DNA from: Balanoglossus misakiensis
Lineage: Eukaryota; Animalia; Hemichordata
Assembly: GCA_040954595.2 (NCBI GenBank)
Contig: CM082576.2
Coordinates: 1,371,403-1,435,402 of the forward strand
Length of the DNA stretch: 64,000 nt
Direction of reading: 5' to 3'
A program made the translations under genes and the position numbers. Shown here in pieces: positions 12,348 through 24,971 of the stretch. Every line of letters starts with the position of its first letter. Position 1 is the stretch's first letter. Below the pieces are notes generated by a model. The model ran no database searches. It saw only the letters and a program-made list of their open reading frames with translations, and had not been told where the DNA came from.

Positions 12348-14129
12348 ATCTTTGTGAAGTGAACATTTTAACATTGTTTTTATAGTCACATATCAGATTA
12401 GGGTGATTGACCGTGACAGTTAGAGTTTTTTAAAAATATTTTGTGATAAATTTATTTTTCAACTTTTGCTGTTTTCATAATTATACTGCCAAGTTCTGAA
12501 CATTCCATGTAATGTACTTGTAGTAGTGAGAAACATGGCTGCTCTCTGCTTTATACATTCAGTAACATGTACCTTATCATGTTAACATGATCATCAACTT
12601 GTCTATCCTCTCTACACGAAGACCTTCTGAACAGTTTGTGGAATACTCTGTCAATTTTTTGACCAGAATTTTTCAGAATATCGTATTTAGTGTGTGACAT
12701 ATACATGTAGCTCATCACACACTGGACAGATTTTGTAATACAATGTAGTTGTGACTGATATCAAGTATGTACATAGATTTGGTAGAGTTAGAGGAAAGTA
12801 CTCATTGTATATACCATATTTTGTCAAGAATTCCACCAGTCCGTTTCTGAATTATTTCTAAAGATGATATACACTGTCATACAAGTTTGTTGTATTGTGT
12901 AATACAACCATTTTGCTATGCATTAAAGCTTGTGATAATTATAGAATCATTTCTAGTTTGTGGTTTTTCACGCTTAATATGGACCATTATCAAGTACAGA
13001 TCATCCGTTCCTTTGATCATTAAAACAACCATCGTTACTTGAACACACCATCATTTTCTTGACGGTAGACTGACCATTACAAACATGGCCCTGACCTCGA
13101 GCAATTCCAGCAAAGTCCAAAGAAAACCAAATCCTGGTTCGTATGAACCATCCTTGCCTTGACATTTACTACTCACTCATTGCAAAACTGCTTTCTAAGA
13201 ATTTCACGAATGGAAATACTGCTATAAGAACTGGTATCATCTTTAATCTTTATTGAAATTGAGGGGAATAGGGGGCCAAATTTCCCAACATTTGACATTA
13301 CCGTACCAGCTTATTTTTGTTTCTTATGATAGGCTACATACTAGTGTGTTGTCAAAACCTGATGACATATTGTTACAGCACCGGATTTTTGAAAATGGAA
13401 GACAAATAAAATTTTGATTTGATCGTAGAGATACATTTGATTTGAAAATTACAAATCAATGAAAAGCACCAGGTGAATAAAAAAAGGATCTAAGTTATAG
13501 AAGATGAACTGCTTATCGTAATAATATTACCACTAGAAATTTCTGAAATGTAGTGCTGGTATGGCCATATAAAACCTCACAATGTATACCCATTGAAATT
13601 TGAATCAAACAAAAAATGACTATTTAAAATAGTTGGACAATCTGCATGGCAAGCATAAGAAATCTGTCTTAAATTTACAGGTTGTGTTTTGCAAAAAAAT
13701 TCTACGGAAAAACAGTGGAAAAACTACGCAGCACAGTTTACACAATGTCTGTCTTCATTCCACATGCAACAATGAACGACCTTTATAGGAGCTGATGAGG
13801 GCTAGAATAAAACATGATGGTTTTTAAAAACATTACAGTCGTCAAGAGTCAAAGTTCTTTGCGTAGAAACAGTGTCCACAACATCACTTTTCTGGTCAGA
13901 ATGCTATAAAGTATACAAGAGAAATCTACATATAATGTTTTATAATTTATAAAGAATCTATATCACTCTTCACTAGCAGTTTACATGAAGTCTATGGACT
14001 ACATAAAATTCAACCTCATTATAAGCAAAGTTCTGTATACTGAACTGCAGCTGGTAGTAAGTTGTAACTATAACTCTTCTGAGAGGTGGCATATTTCAGT
14101 TTTCTTCAGCTGACTGTTGGTGGCGCTGT

Positions 14130-14348
14130 CTAACATCCAGATCTCTGGCCCACCATATTTGCCGAACAAGTGTTTGGCAAGTCCAGCCCCCTGTGTAGAA
14201 AATTGCACAAGTCCTGGCATCCCGCACAGCATGGTGGGAAGGCACAGAAGAAAGCATAGAAGATCCCACAGATAATTCCAATCGGCCAACCAATGATGAT
14301 AAGCAAAAGGAACCACACAATACTCCACAGCCAACCACAGTTTGCCAT
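14130..14348 (-). CDS. 72-aa Cys-rich hydrophobic microprotein, paralog A
   Basis: Good ATG context (aaaaATGG), acceptor just upstream (exon starts 14387), and a gapless alignment with the 15786-16004 ORF at 33/72 identities. Confidence 0.8.
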   Translation of the reverse strand: MANCGWLWSIVWFLLLIIIGWPIGIICGIFYAFFCAFPPCCAGCQDLCNFLHRGLDLPNTCSANMVGQRSGC

Positions 14349-15785
14349 TTTTGCTCTGTTTGTAGGTCACGATATCAACACCAAAAACTGAAATGAGAAA
14401 TCAAATAAACATTCACAAACAATAACAAAACATGGGCAGAATTATGTTTCCACAAATACTGGTTGATAAATGACATAAAAAGATGAGACTTTTTCCACAC
14501 AAAGATACCAGTCATTCAGACACAAGTATTTCCAAATACATATTTAATTTCAATAATAAAATACACCAGCTCTTTTGCTTTTGCAAGGTTCTTTTCGTAG
14601 TTCTATATATACTTGGTGTTAAGCCCTTCTGCCCTTGGAAGAAAACTTCCATATGATGAGAGATCATGTCAGCTTGCAGATTTGGTGACGAGATGAAATG
14701 GAAATGACAGAAATGACAATCTTTCATTGTAAAATTAAGTTTTAAGAAAATATTTCTCTATCCTGATCATGGCACTAAAACTGCTAAAATACGAAATTTA
14801 TGTCTCTACTTTAGTGATATTATACTGCCTTGCAGTCAGTGGATAAAATTTCAATCCATTTTCAACCGAGATGACCTTGAAAGTATAGAATTTCAGATAC
14901 AGCACATATAAACTCAATGAAACCTTTTGTACATCTACACTGTACATGTTCATGCAGCAATCTTAATCCTGCCCCTTCCAGGCTTGTACTCTAGTTTGTT
15001 TACACTGATGCAGAAATTGACATTAAAGATGGGTTTGGCTCATGAAGCAGTTAGTTGGTTGATTATCAGAACAGCCAAATTCTAAATATTTCTGTTACAC
15101 ATTTCAATCAGCAAGTTTAAACTCACTGTGTAAGATATCCACCTCTACCACTTTGTGATTCATGTATGTCAATCTGGGGAGATTTTCTTATCTTTATTGA
15201 ATGGAATATGTTCGATTTATGTCATTGCACTGTTTGATGGTAAATTCACTTCCCAATAGGGTAGAAATGTGGGAATGGTTAAAACATGAACTCTCACAGA
15301 ATCCATTTTGATTCAAAATAATACAAAGAATACACAAATAAGTTAAGATACACAGAAAACAGCCCTTTGATCTAATTGTGTACATTCTTGAAAACATTGT
15401 AATAAATAATAAAAACAGCCTCTGTTATTGAAATAAATAATGAAAACAACCTCTGTGATATTGTCTCAAATATATACATATATTTTATCAAAAGATAGAG
15501 GTTTTAAAACTATGTAGTAACATGTATATAAATACACAACCATTGCAAATAAATATATTTTATAAAATTTTACTTTCAAACCACTGTATTTATTACAGTG
15601 CAAGTGATCTCTTCAGAGTTAAGCCTCTTTTATTGTCACCATACACCATCTGGTGAATTACTTCCTAAAGTCTCATTTTGAATGCAAACGCACATTATAC
15701 ACTGTCATAGGTGTGTCTCTGTAGACAATGACAGAAACCATGCAGTCAGATACCCAGTCTTCATTCAGTTGTTTGAGACGTCTTG

Positions 15786-16004
15786 TTAACAGAGAGACTT
15801 CTGGCCAACCATGTTTTCTGCACAGAGCAGAGGCAGTTGTACTCCCTTGAGAAGGACTTCACAGATTTGCTTGCAGCAATCGATGCAGACCGAGAACGGC
15901 AGAAAGATAATGTACCACCAGTCTAGAAAGAAGGCAACTGGCCAACCAACAAAGATCAAGGCAAAGAACCAGAAAATTGCCCACAACCATCCGCAGCTTG
16001 CCAT
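15786..16004 (-). CDS. 72-aa Cys-rich hydrophobic microprotein, paralog B
   Basis: atcATGG start, upstream acceptor (ttttgcag|, exon starts 16036), same length and motif pattern as paralog A (MAxCGWLW...GWP...C3xC3xC...LP..C..NMVGQxSxC). Confidence 0.8.
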   Translation of the reverse strand: MASCGWLWAIFWFFALIFVGWPVAFFLDWWYIIFLPFSVCIDCCKQICEVLLKGVQLPLLCAENMVGQKSLC

Positions 16005-19000
16005 GATGAGAGTAGAACTGTTGCTTCTTTGAACACCTGCAAAAGTAAATAAAGTTATCTGCTGGTGATTTTGGTGACTGTAGTTGATGGCTTAGTTTTT
16101 TTCTAGGTTCCAATATAGCCAATTGGAAAGTGAATGAAGTCTTATGTGCAGATTCCCTTCCAGATGAAATACTGGCAGATGTTTTGGTCGTCTTTCAATT
16201 TCTGGGTGGGGCGGAAATAGTCACACACCCATGACTGAGTTTACATTCACAGACAGAATAGTTTTACAGTATACAATACCAGTTAAACATCACTGATAGC
16301 TTATTATTTTACAAAATATATTTGTATACTGCTAATTTGCTAATAACTGTGTTTCACTTTTACACAAGACGAAATATCAAAACATAATTTTGTTAGTTTG
16401 AATAATTTGTCATGAATGCACTATTAAATTTAATGGTATGCCCAACCCTTTCTACAAATACCAACAAAGTTGGGGCCCAGGGGTATTCTAACTGAAATAA
16501 ATTTGTGCTAGTGGTCAAGATTCCTGCCACAGTCCATGTAGGAAAGTGATATCAAAATGAGCAGAACAGAATTAGATGTAGCTGTTTTGACCTTGGTCAA
16601 TAATCCACCTACTTAGCTATTTTAAAACTTGTCAGTTCCTACTGGAGTAGCTAGAAATTAGAAGGATCTTAGTCCAGGTCAAAGCCAGTGCTGACTTGTA
16701 GTATGGATATCAGTGACAGTTTAGAAACAACAAATGGTATGCAATGTTAAAACTCAGATAAGACTGTTTAGGATACTGAAGTACAGTGATTTATAATTCT
16801 AAAATTCTAACATTTTTCTTTTAAAAAGTTGCAGTTATTTCCATTGTTAAAATATACTCCAAAAACCAATTACTTTTCATAGCCCATAAACAGTACTATT
16901 TGCTTGGAACACATTGTTGCCATCCAACACAGTTTGCCACATAAAGTAGCAAATATTGAGCAAGGAATGTCCATTATTCTGTGGGGGTGGAAGCCTGATG
17001 CATGCCATAGCTTTATTATGATTTTATATAAATTTCAATATATTCGCAAATCCCATCAAGCAAGTGAGAATTAAAAACTTTCAACTTTACTACAGTGTTC
17101 TACACACCCCCAATTTGTGACAAATTGTTGACTTTCCTACATATTTCTGTACACACTAATGGGTTATGCCTGGATGGCTAATAGTAACAACTGGATATTT
17201 GTCTACATTGCCTGATAATCCATTCATACAAGCTGTAACACACTTGGCCATTGTTTGGGTGACAGTTAATCAAACATTGCTACAATGAAATACCCAAAGT
17301 TAACAGCCAGCACAAACGAGATATATGGGCCCTATAAAGTATAATATGCTGGTTGTTTTCTTATATAGAGTCAGATAAAAACAAGAAATCTAACATATTT
17401 TTAGACAAGCATCCTATCATGTAAACAAGTTTGTGAAGAAAGCGTATTGATAACCACATGCCTCACCAGGTATGGCCATCATATTTGACCATAAACCTGT
17501 GGTAACCTTTGAGTGACCCCATTACGCTGACCTTGGAAACAATTTCCTTTTACGTGCAAAAATTCAGTCAACTAAATATATCACAAATTTGTTTTCACCT
17601 AACTTCTATATTGTTTTTAGGAAAATCAATCAAAAACAGTCATATAAAGACTCCAAAAATAGCTTAATTATTAAAATAATGCAGCTTGGACTAAAATTGT
17701 TATTCATAATTAACCTTTCAGAGATAACAATAGCATTGGTGATTAATCTTTGCCAACAGCAGTTCTTATGCATCCTGTCTGGGTATTATATTTTGCGTAG
17801 TAAGTGATGATTCATCGTCGATGAAGTCGTCAACACTTGTGTGCGCTCACATTCTGTCTGATACAGGCAAAAGCTGCCACACCCCAAAACCGAAAATTTC
17901 ACACAAGGATGGTCGTGTTCATTGGTATCACATTATCTCCGGTTTTGGAAGAATTTGTCTTGAGACGTTGTCTCTTACTTCCCCATATGCGCGTATGCAC
18001 CATATTTCAGTAGTTGGGCGTGTAAGTTATAAATTGCATGGAGACATTAACAATATTCTACTGCTAGCTAGTACTACTGAAGAAAAGCTTGCGTAGTAAG
18101 TTCAAAATGGCCGCCTGTGCTCACTCTGTTTTCTATCGAACTTCCTTTTTCAAAATAACGAAACTGGTTAAATAAGATTGTGAAAAGTCGACTTACCAGG
18201 CTTTCACTTGATTACTTCTTCTGAACTCTGTGCGTCCATGAACGATTCAATATACGAGTGCAAGTAAGGCTATGTTCATCACCACGAACGAAATCGAGAG
18301 CTTGCGAACTTCTAAAGACGAAAGTGATGCGCGGCATCAAATGAGCTCGTTGATATGGCAACGGAGCAAAACTACGATAAACATACCACATATGAAAGCG
18401 GTCGCGCGTAACGCATGTGTCGCAAACGGCAAATAAACCAAGAAGTTCAATGGATTTTACTTACTCAAGTTGGTCACTTCAACGCCTTGTGTGTCTCACG
18501 CAGCAACTAGTTATTTCCAGGGGGAGTAGTGAGTATGCAATGATTAACATACGGCCCTGGAATTTAGAGAGGTCACGCACATGATGCAGGCCTAACACAT
18601 GATGCACGTAAACTATATTGGTCGGATAGCAAAGGTCAGTCGCAAGGGGGCAGCTTTCTCTACAATCACTCAAATGAAAATTGAAACGTTGTCGTGGTTG
18701 AATTCGAGTAGTTCCTGTCATCTCATCGCCAAAAAATATCATCTTCGCCAGCCAAGCGTGTCTATTCGTGCTGGGAACTCTCCCCTCAAAACACCAACAC
18801 TAGATCAGGCGACCTCACCACGAGCCGTGCGGGACGAGCGATGAAAAATATAATACATTATACGAGAAAAGTTTTTGCACGAGCATCGAGCCCTCCTAAT
18901 TAATTTCTACAAAGTCAGTAGAATTTGGCAGAATATATTCACTTAAAAATGACATTTTTCAAGCAATAGTATGTAAACTGTTTATTAGAACAAAAGATGC

Positions 19001-19592
19001 TATGTCTGTTTTACAAGTTACGCCGGGAATTAACGTCCCCTGAAGGTGCACTGGAAATTGACAGAGAAATGAATCGATGCAATTCATGGCTGGTATGGTG
19101 ATGCTATTGGAGGCTGGGGGCGAAATGAATCCGTCCCCCTTCAGAATCAAAATCACACTGATCAACCAAATTGAGCATTTTCAGAACAGTATGGCCCCTA
19201 AAGAGCTTTTCCAAAATAGGGTGGCCCGTACCTCGGCCCCCTGCAATCCAATGACCCCCCCCCCCCTCCCGGCCGAAGAAAGCGACCCTTCCCTTGTGAT
19301 GTTCTTGTAGTTTATTAAGTACATATATTTGCAACTATTACTAGTACATGTAATGCTATACCGTTTATAAGTTCCTTATGGTAACAGATAATACTAAAAA
19401 AAATTCTTGTTCAATTATCCACCGTTGGTTACTACAGGGTATGCAATAGGGCATGCGGGACTACACAAAATTACCAAGCTAATTTTGTGGAGAAGTCTCA
19501 TGAAAACTATACCAGCATATGTATAAACATGTCGTTAGGCATAATTTAATTTTGACACAGCAGTAATATGATTAACACGTTCACGTAAACCA

Positions 19593-20885
19593 TTATACAG
19601 AGGATTCTTCAGAGTGAGTGCCTTTGATCGTTGTTTGACTAGTTTCGTGAGATTGGCCAGCAATGCGATTCTTGGCATATAGCTTTGAACAAAACAAGTA
19701 CTTCAGACTCTGCCTGAAAAGTTTGTTTTTGAATGTGTATATGAACGGGTTCATACAGGAATTGGCAAATGCCAGCATTACAGTGGCATGGTAGTACATT
19801 TTAGTGAAGTCTACATTAGCTCCAAGGTTATAAGATAGGAACATCATTTGATTTGGTCCCCAACATACAACAAAAGTGATGACGACCAAACAGAGCATGT
19901 GAAGCATCTTCTTGCGAGCTCTGACTTGCCACATCTCCCGATCCTTTGCGTTGTTGTTCACCTTGCCAGTAGTTGGTCTGTTGTCCTGTGGTGCACGCCC
20001 AGAAAGATCCTTTCCAATTTGACTATTGTTGGCGGTCTCGTGTTGGTCCGTGTTGAGTGGTTGAATTCCGCGGCGTGTCTGTTCGTGACTTGTTCCTGGC
20101 TGGATTTTGTCGGCATCGCTGTGATTGTTTCCGCTGGCTTCTTTCCGTACCTCTAAACGATAGTTTGCCGGATTCACCTTGGTTCGTTTTAGACGCTCTT
20201 CACTTGCGCTGAGAGTTGCCATGGCTTTGTAGTAACAAAAGCACATAATGCCCACAGGTAGAAAGTACTTGGCTGTGACATTCCCGACGCCGATGAAAGT
20301 TTGCACTTCTTTGCTGGGCCATGTCTGGATACACCGTCCATCGACCACATGACTGACGTATATGAAGAACGAGTTGATGAAAAGTCCAATAAACCACGTC
20401 AGAATCATGAAATAGAGAATGATCTTGGAGGTACAGTACAGGCGATGTTTGACGGGATGGACAACAGCTAGGTATCGCTCTATCTTCATCGCAACGAGAG
20501 TGTACATTGAAGCGACGAAACACACCCAAAGTGGCAGTTTTGAGTAAAATAGTCGGCAAGCAATTTGTCCACCAATATTCGATGAGATGTGACTGGGCAA
20601 CCTTACAACATTGAGGGCTATCAGAAATATCGATGTCACCAGGTCGCATATGGCCAAATGGAAGATGAAGTAGAAGGACTTTGTCTTCAGTGTGGTAGTG
20701 CGAAATTTGCCGATGACCGCACAAACAAGTAAATTACCAATGATTCCGATGGTGGCTATCGATGCATAAATGCCTTGAACCCACGGGGATTTAACCAGAT
20801 CACCAACACTCCATGAAATACTGACATCGCCGTTTTCAATAGCATCGTTAGATGAGTTAGAACCGCTCTCTTGTGACATCGTCAT
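19593..20885 (-). CDS. Intronless class A GPCR, peptide-receptor-like (galanin/allatostatin-A/somatostatin-like orphan), 430 aa
   Basis: Seven hydrophobic segments with GN (TM1), LAICD (TM2), ERY (TM3), CWGP (TM6) and NPFIY (TM7), plus a long polar ICL3. Confidence 0.9.
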   Translation of the reverse strand: MTMSQESGSNSSNDAIENGDVSISWSVGDLVKSPWVQGIYASIATIGIIGNLLVCAVIGKFRTTTLKTKSFYFIFHLAICDLVTSIFLIALNVVRLPSHISSNIGGQIACRLFYSKLPLWVCFVASMYTLVAMKIERYLAVVHPVKHRLYCTSKIILYFMILTWFIGLFINSFFIYVSHVVDGRCIQTWPSKEVQTFIGVGNVTAKYFLPVGIMCFCYYKAMATLSASEERLKRTKVNPANYRLEVRKEASGNNHSDADKIQPGTSHEQTRRGIQPLNTDQHETANNSQIGKDLSGRAPQDNRPTTGKVNNNAKDREMWQVRARKKMLHMLCLVVITFVVCWGPNQMMFLSYNLGANVDFTKMYYHATVMLAFANSCMNPFIYTFKNKLFRQSLKYLFCSKLYAKNRIAGQSHETSQTTIKGTHSEESSV

Positions 20886-21462
20886 CCATCCAGATCAAAG
20901 TCAAAAGTCGGTGTATGGTCCCGTGCTTTTCAAAGTCAGTTTCGATTAAATTGACATGCGACGGACTGACGTCACTGTTTTATGCCAGGTTGACAACTGG
21001 ACGACCACAATCGCGGACTTCACGAAAACCCTTGAACAACCGTCTGTCTCCTAGATGGCTATCGCATGCAAGAATGATTTTCTTTAATACCCACGTGAAT
21101 AACACATTATGAAAAATAGTGCTGGAGGATTGTGGGAAGTATGTTTACTCTCGGTGGGCATGGCAACATTCTGCATGTATATGCAAAATTTCATTCTGGT
21201 AATTAATTACCCCTACGATAAAATGTGCCGGTGGTTGAAAATTTCTAAAATTAGTGAACGTGACTTTGTTTGTAATATTAAACAATGACTGTAAACAAAA
21301 GGTCAAATGCACCATACGGCAAACACTGAACCTCTTTAGGCCTAAACTCATCTTATTTTTGTGTCCCAGAAAGTGATGAAGTACATGTACGTGCAATTGG
21401 CAATCGTTCGCCATAAAACCTCCGTCAAAACATAGGCACAGTACACGAAGAATAGATCGATT

Positions 21463-21560
21463 AAATAAATAAATGAATGAATGAATGAATGAATGAATGA
21501 ATGAATGAATGAATGATTAAATAAATATATAAACAAATAAATAAATAGATAAATAAACAA
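21463..21560. repeat. (AATG)n/(AAAT)n compound microsatellite
   Basis: About 11 AATG units flanked by imperfect AAAT units. Confidence 0.9.
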
Positions 21561-24500
21561 ACACGATAATGTTGTGTTAGATTAATTAAGATATCCACAG
21601 AGTATTCCAACTAATTTACGAGAGTACCGGCAAATAAAGTAATTACTAGTACCGGGTATGTACTCGTCAATTAACAAATGACCTAGCTTCAGTAACGTAA
21701 CGAGCATATTTGACCTTATTGACAACCTCCATTTCTTGGCCTAATACTGCAGCTGCTGCCTCGGGATATCTCGATCAGCACGATTCAAACGTTCAGATGT
21801 ACACCATTTATATTTATAGAAATAAGTTAGTATTATTTTCTCGATCAATAAACTGAACGACCCAGCTCGTAGGCGCAACGATAAGAAATGGAGTCAGTTT
21901 GTCGCTCAAAACGTTTTGTAAATTAAACTCAGTTTACCGTTTAATCGATATATCAAACACATACAAGTAAAATTATGACAACTGTCACTGAAATGCTAAA
22001 TTGTTAAAGTATAGATGTAAATGCGGCTACTAAAGCGTAAACAGCCACGGGAAATTGATATGGATGGAATCAAGAAACTGTGTCGAATGTTTATTGTACA
22101 TGTATGTTAACTCGAGAAAAGAGTGACCACTTCATCGTTTATTGCCTTTCCGATTGGCGTGCAACATGTGGAGCAGGGATAGCTCAATGTTTTCGAAACA
22201 CTAGGCGTCACAGCCTGACTGTTTTACTCGATGTCCACGTACAATTCATGGAAGATAGTATGTTCTCTATTTCGGAGATACCAACCTCAAGCGAAATGAT
22301 GATGGTTCTCAGTCCACGAGGGCCCCTACATGTCGTACATGCGCCCCTCTTTTTATACAATAATGCTGTCAGTTTTCATTTAATTCCAAGGTTGTACTTA
22401 CATATTATATCAATGCCAATAGCTTTTACCTATTTGGTGTTTTCATAAACCGATTATCGTATTCGTCTAGCTCGGACGTTTTAATCCCAGCAAGGTTTAT
22501 GTCATTCTAACTCATAAAATCCCAATAAAAACACGAATGGTAAGTAGCTAATTAAAACATTCCTTCTTTCCTACAAAAACAATGCTAATTATGATCATTC
22601 TCAAACAGTCTTTTATAGCAACACTGTTCGGGGCCACTCTTTATTTCGTCAGTTATTTTTTATTAACTGTTTTCATCTTCTTCAAGGTTTGCCCTCATAA
22701 ACGTGTAGAAAGGTCCCTGGTTCGAACAGATGTCGTCGTCAAACTGTGAAATCTGCCATTTACAGTATTTATTGACTGCCACCTATGAAGTAAATTCTAG
22801 AAATCTCCAATATATATAATATTTATTGAGTACTCCTGAAATCGGTCCTCAGTGATATATGTTTTATCAGATATCTCAGCAGTCCCAAAATGGAGTTTTT
22901 GGATCCACAGGGTGACGGAAAATAAATAATTGACTTGGAGGTTGGAGATAAGATTTAGAGGTGATACGGAAGATGATTTGTTTCACAATGGAATCTATAA
23001 TCTAGATGTGCCGTATTCTGTGGATTGCAGTCAGCATGACAAGTCAATTGCAAGGTAACTGGAACAATGCCAATGAAACATTTTGAATAAATAATGAGAT
23101 GGCAAGGTGATGAGACTGGAGTGTTTTTGTGTTGTTGGAAAAACATTTCATGTCAGATGAGTCTTAACAGATTTGGATTGCATACAAGTTCCTGAGATGG
23201 GAAGTTATAAATATAGAATTGAGAAATTATACACCTAGTCAGCTGTCTGTACACATCTGGACTCTATAGTCAATTAAAATCTCCAATTACTTGACACTTT
23301 GGAGTGAATTGGCTCAAGAGTTACCAGCTGATATTGATTGACAGGTTTCCTGATATTTGAGGGTTGCCATAGTGAAACACATATAAATTTAGGACGTGTT
23401 GAATCTGAGAACATTAATCAATGTGGCTATAAAATGCTTGCTCATTGCCATGACAATCTCCATTTCCAGGATTAATGCAGTAATCATTGCCTTGAATATG
23501 TTATAGCAGCTGGTGACATGACACCAGTTGTATCCCGTCAGGAAATTGTGAGGCTTCAAACCAATCAGTGTCCATTGGAAACCATCAACTCCCTGTAATT
23601 TATTAATTTAAGACAGATTAGTGAAGTCTTCAAAGATGAATTATCACTGTTCAGCTGGATAATAATGCCACTGTGTACCGTGTACTGGTTTAATACACGG
23701 TGATCTCATGACTTGCATCAATATTTAATATGCTACCACAGTCCCTCCATGGGAGTTAGACGGACAGTGATGCTACTGAGTATAGTAGTCACGATAATAG
23801 CTGAACAGGTATATAATCAATCATTAGTAAAATATATACACTGTATGAGGGAGTGCTATCACTCAAGAGACAAGTGAAAGTAAATAATTCCAACATAATT
23901 CGTGAAAGATTTTCACAGAATTGTTGGATTTTAAGGGAACCTTCCCCTTTAAACATAAACACACCACAATGCATTGATTCAAAATGGGAGGTGAAAATAG
24001 TGTAAAATGGGGTCTGGGGTTTCAACAACCGGTTGTACACCCATAACATCTTATGGTAAGTACACGCAAACTGTTTCAATAGAAACAGACATGGATTCAA
24101 ATGCCTGATACAAGTCTTTTAATCACTCAATAAATATATGCTTACGGTACATTTCAAATGAAATACACAATTTATTTCCTTTTTTATATCTTTGAACACT
24201 GAACTTCATGTAAACATTATTGCTCTATATGAACTCATCAGTGGTTCCTCTGAAAAACGTTGATTAGAGTGAACATGCATGTACATGTACCTTCCATTCT
24301 CTGTACCATATTCACACATCTAGTAGTTGTAGTGAAATTCATGCTGAAATTTTATTTACCCAATCTCCTGTTGTAATAACAACATACTTTCTCTTTTAAT
24401 GTTTCTTTTTTAATAGACTGATAATTTACTCACACTAATCTGCATGGATGAAAGTGTCAGTGTGTGTAACTGTTCCCTCGAGCAGGTAGAGTGCACTAAC

Positions 24501-24971
24501 AGTGTAGTTTTATGAATCCATTGAGAGTAGCAATATTTACATGAAATTCAGCATTTACAGTAAATTCCCTGTAATGTTACAGGTTACTTTCACTTTTCAA
24601 AAGTTCCTGTTAAAAATACTGTATCTGATGCAATACAGACATGAACCAAGTGGTGACTGGTATAATATATACAAATACCAGTATATAATAGTGAGGTGGA
24701 AAGCAGAAGGATGATGGAAGCAGATCGTGTATATCAGCTGTTGAACACAGTGCCATATCCATCATTTGGCTTGTCTACCAGTACAGTCGAGTTGTGTGTG
24801 CCACTATGGCTCAATTCACATACACATAGCAAGAAGTCATGGTGAACAGCACTGTTCCATGTGAGAAATGAACATCCTGGTTGCATACCCTGGGTATTCT
24901 GTCTACAACCTACCTATACCTCTCATAGGCATAGTACACATGTGGGAGCCATTCCTATTGTTCAAATAATA

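Noticed and set aside
13301-13564. Possible MITE with ends CCGTACCAGC / GCTGGTATGG
   Set aside because: Only about 10 bp of imperfect inverted repeat and no clear target-site duplication.
14130-15788. Selenocysteine or readthrough at the C-terminal Cys of the 72-aa proteins
   Set aside because: The stops are TAG and TAA rather than TGA, and I identified no SECIS.
20200-20724. 174-aa alternative-frame ORF
   Set aside because: It lies within the GPCR CDS, has a non-ATG start and no recognisable motifs.
21348-21560. ORF with FIYL/FIHS repeats
   Set aside because: It is the translation of the microsatellite.
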